Shown: positions 38,690 through 39,291 of the stretch, one piece after another
Layout of the letters: each line of letters starts with the position of its first letter
Position numbering within the stretch: position 1 is the first letter of the stretch
From: Nitrospiraceae bacterium
Lineage (GTDB): Bacteria > Nitrospirota > Nitrospiria > Nitrospirales > UBA2166
Direction of reading: 5' to 3'
Length of the DNA: 39,291 nt
Assembly: GCA_002726235.1 (NCBI GenBank)
Contig: PBSN01000004.1
Location: forward strand, 101,279-140,569
Notes under the pieces: generated by a model
The model's input: the letters and a program-made list of their open reading frames with translations, nothing else
Database searches by the model: none
What the model was told of the DNA's origin: nothing
Position numbers and translations under genes: made by a program

Positions 38690-39289
38690 TTACAGCAGTC
38701 CTGTGATCTCGTGGTTGAGTGCTACAGCCTTAATATTGGCGTAGACCATTTGTCCTGGCGTGAGTTTCAATGAGGCCATGGACTTGCGGGTGATGCGTGC
38801 GAGAAGAGGGCATCCGACGTCGAGTTTGATGTCGACGGAATGACGGTCGTGGGACATCGTTCCGATTTCGACCACCGTTGCTTCGAATACGTTGAGGATA
38901 CTGGTTTGGCGTGGTGGTGGGCCGACGACAATGCTTACGTCGCGGGAAAGGACGTGAACACGTAGTGGGTGGCCAATCGGGAGGTATTGTTGCGGAACGA
39001 ATAGGTGCCTTCCATTGAATCCGATGCGGGTGAGTCCGAACTCGGGTTCGTGAGCTTCAACCTGCGTCTCGAGCACAGCGCCAATGGTATCTTGGTTTAG
39101 GTATTGGTCTAGATCGAGGCGCGAAAAAACTTCGCTAAGGGCGCCGGAAGCCACAGTTTTTCCGTCTTCCATGAGGAGCAGTGTCGTAGCCAGTTGCAGA
39201 ACCTCATTGATGGCATGGGTAACGTACACAATCGGAATGTGGAGAGTATCGCGCAGTTGTTGGATTAGAGGGATGATTTCACGTTTTCG
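38690..39289 (-). CDS. modC: Molybdate ABC transporter ATP-binding protein, 5'-truncated
   Basis: RKREIIP....LRD...IPIVYVTH...EV..LA, RDVSI, TSILN, LLARIT.KS...L.L.PG..VYA.IKAV (TOBE). Confidence 0.93.
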   Translation of the reverse strand, partial: RKREIIPLIQQLRDTLHIPIVYVTHAINEVLQLATTLLLMEDGKTVASGALSEVFSRLDLDQYLNQDTIGAVLETQVEAHEPEFGLTRIGFNGRHLFVPQQYLPIGHPLRVHVLSRDVSIVVGPPPRQTSILNVFEATVVEIGTMSHDRHSVDIKLDVGCPLLARITRKSMASLKLTPGQMVYANIKAVALNHEITGLL

Positions 39290-39291
39290 CT

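Noticed and set aside
536..38773. Numerous overlapping antisense or alternate-frame ORFs (e.g. 16695-17285, 37511-38167, 19865-20404)
   Set aside because: Shadows of well-supported genes, with no recognisable motifs.

Overview
Mostly housekeeping 39-kb bacterial window. Nitrospirota/Nitrospirales origin is inferred from the gene set and a recognisable intergenic repeat family. Contents in order: 3' part of argB; an Lrp-type domain protein; a MidA/NDUFAF7-type methyltransferase overlapping a complex I operon (nuoA-B-CD-EF-G-H-I) that has a nuoE-nuoF fusion, an FDH-like NuoG and no nuoJ-N before ferrochelatase; a frameshifted exported SlyD-type PPIase pseudogene; a DEAD-box helicase; a probable decayed toxin-antitoxin pair; DUF1015; an exported Sel1-repeat protein; typA; exported MsrA; a divergent, apparently leaderless XRE regulator/ankyrin pair around a perfect palindrome; an osmoprotectant ABC system; Uup; a eukaryote-like exported cyclophilin; a type-E succinate dehydrogenase (sdhA-B-CCG subunit); an M16 protease; DUF2141; a fur-permease-ATPase-mgtE cluster with a Fur box and no binding protein; and the 3' end of modC. 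Four degenerate copies of a ~110-nt intergenic repeat are present. No CRISPR array, rRNA, tRNA or intact mobile element was seen. I cannot demonstrate a wholly new system. The best candidates are the non-canonical complex I locus and the XRE/ankyrin switch. All family assignments were made by eye, without database searches.
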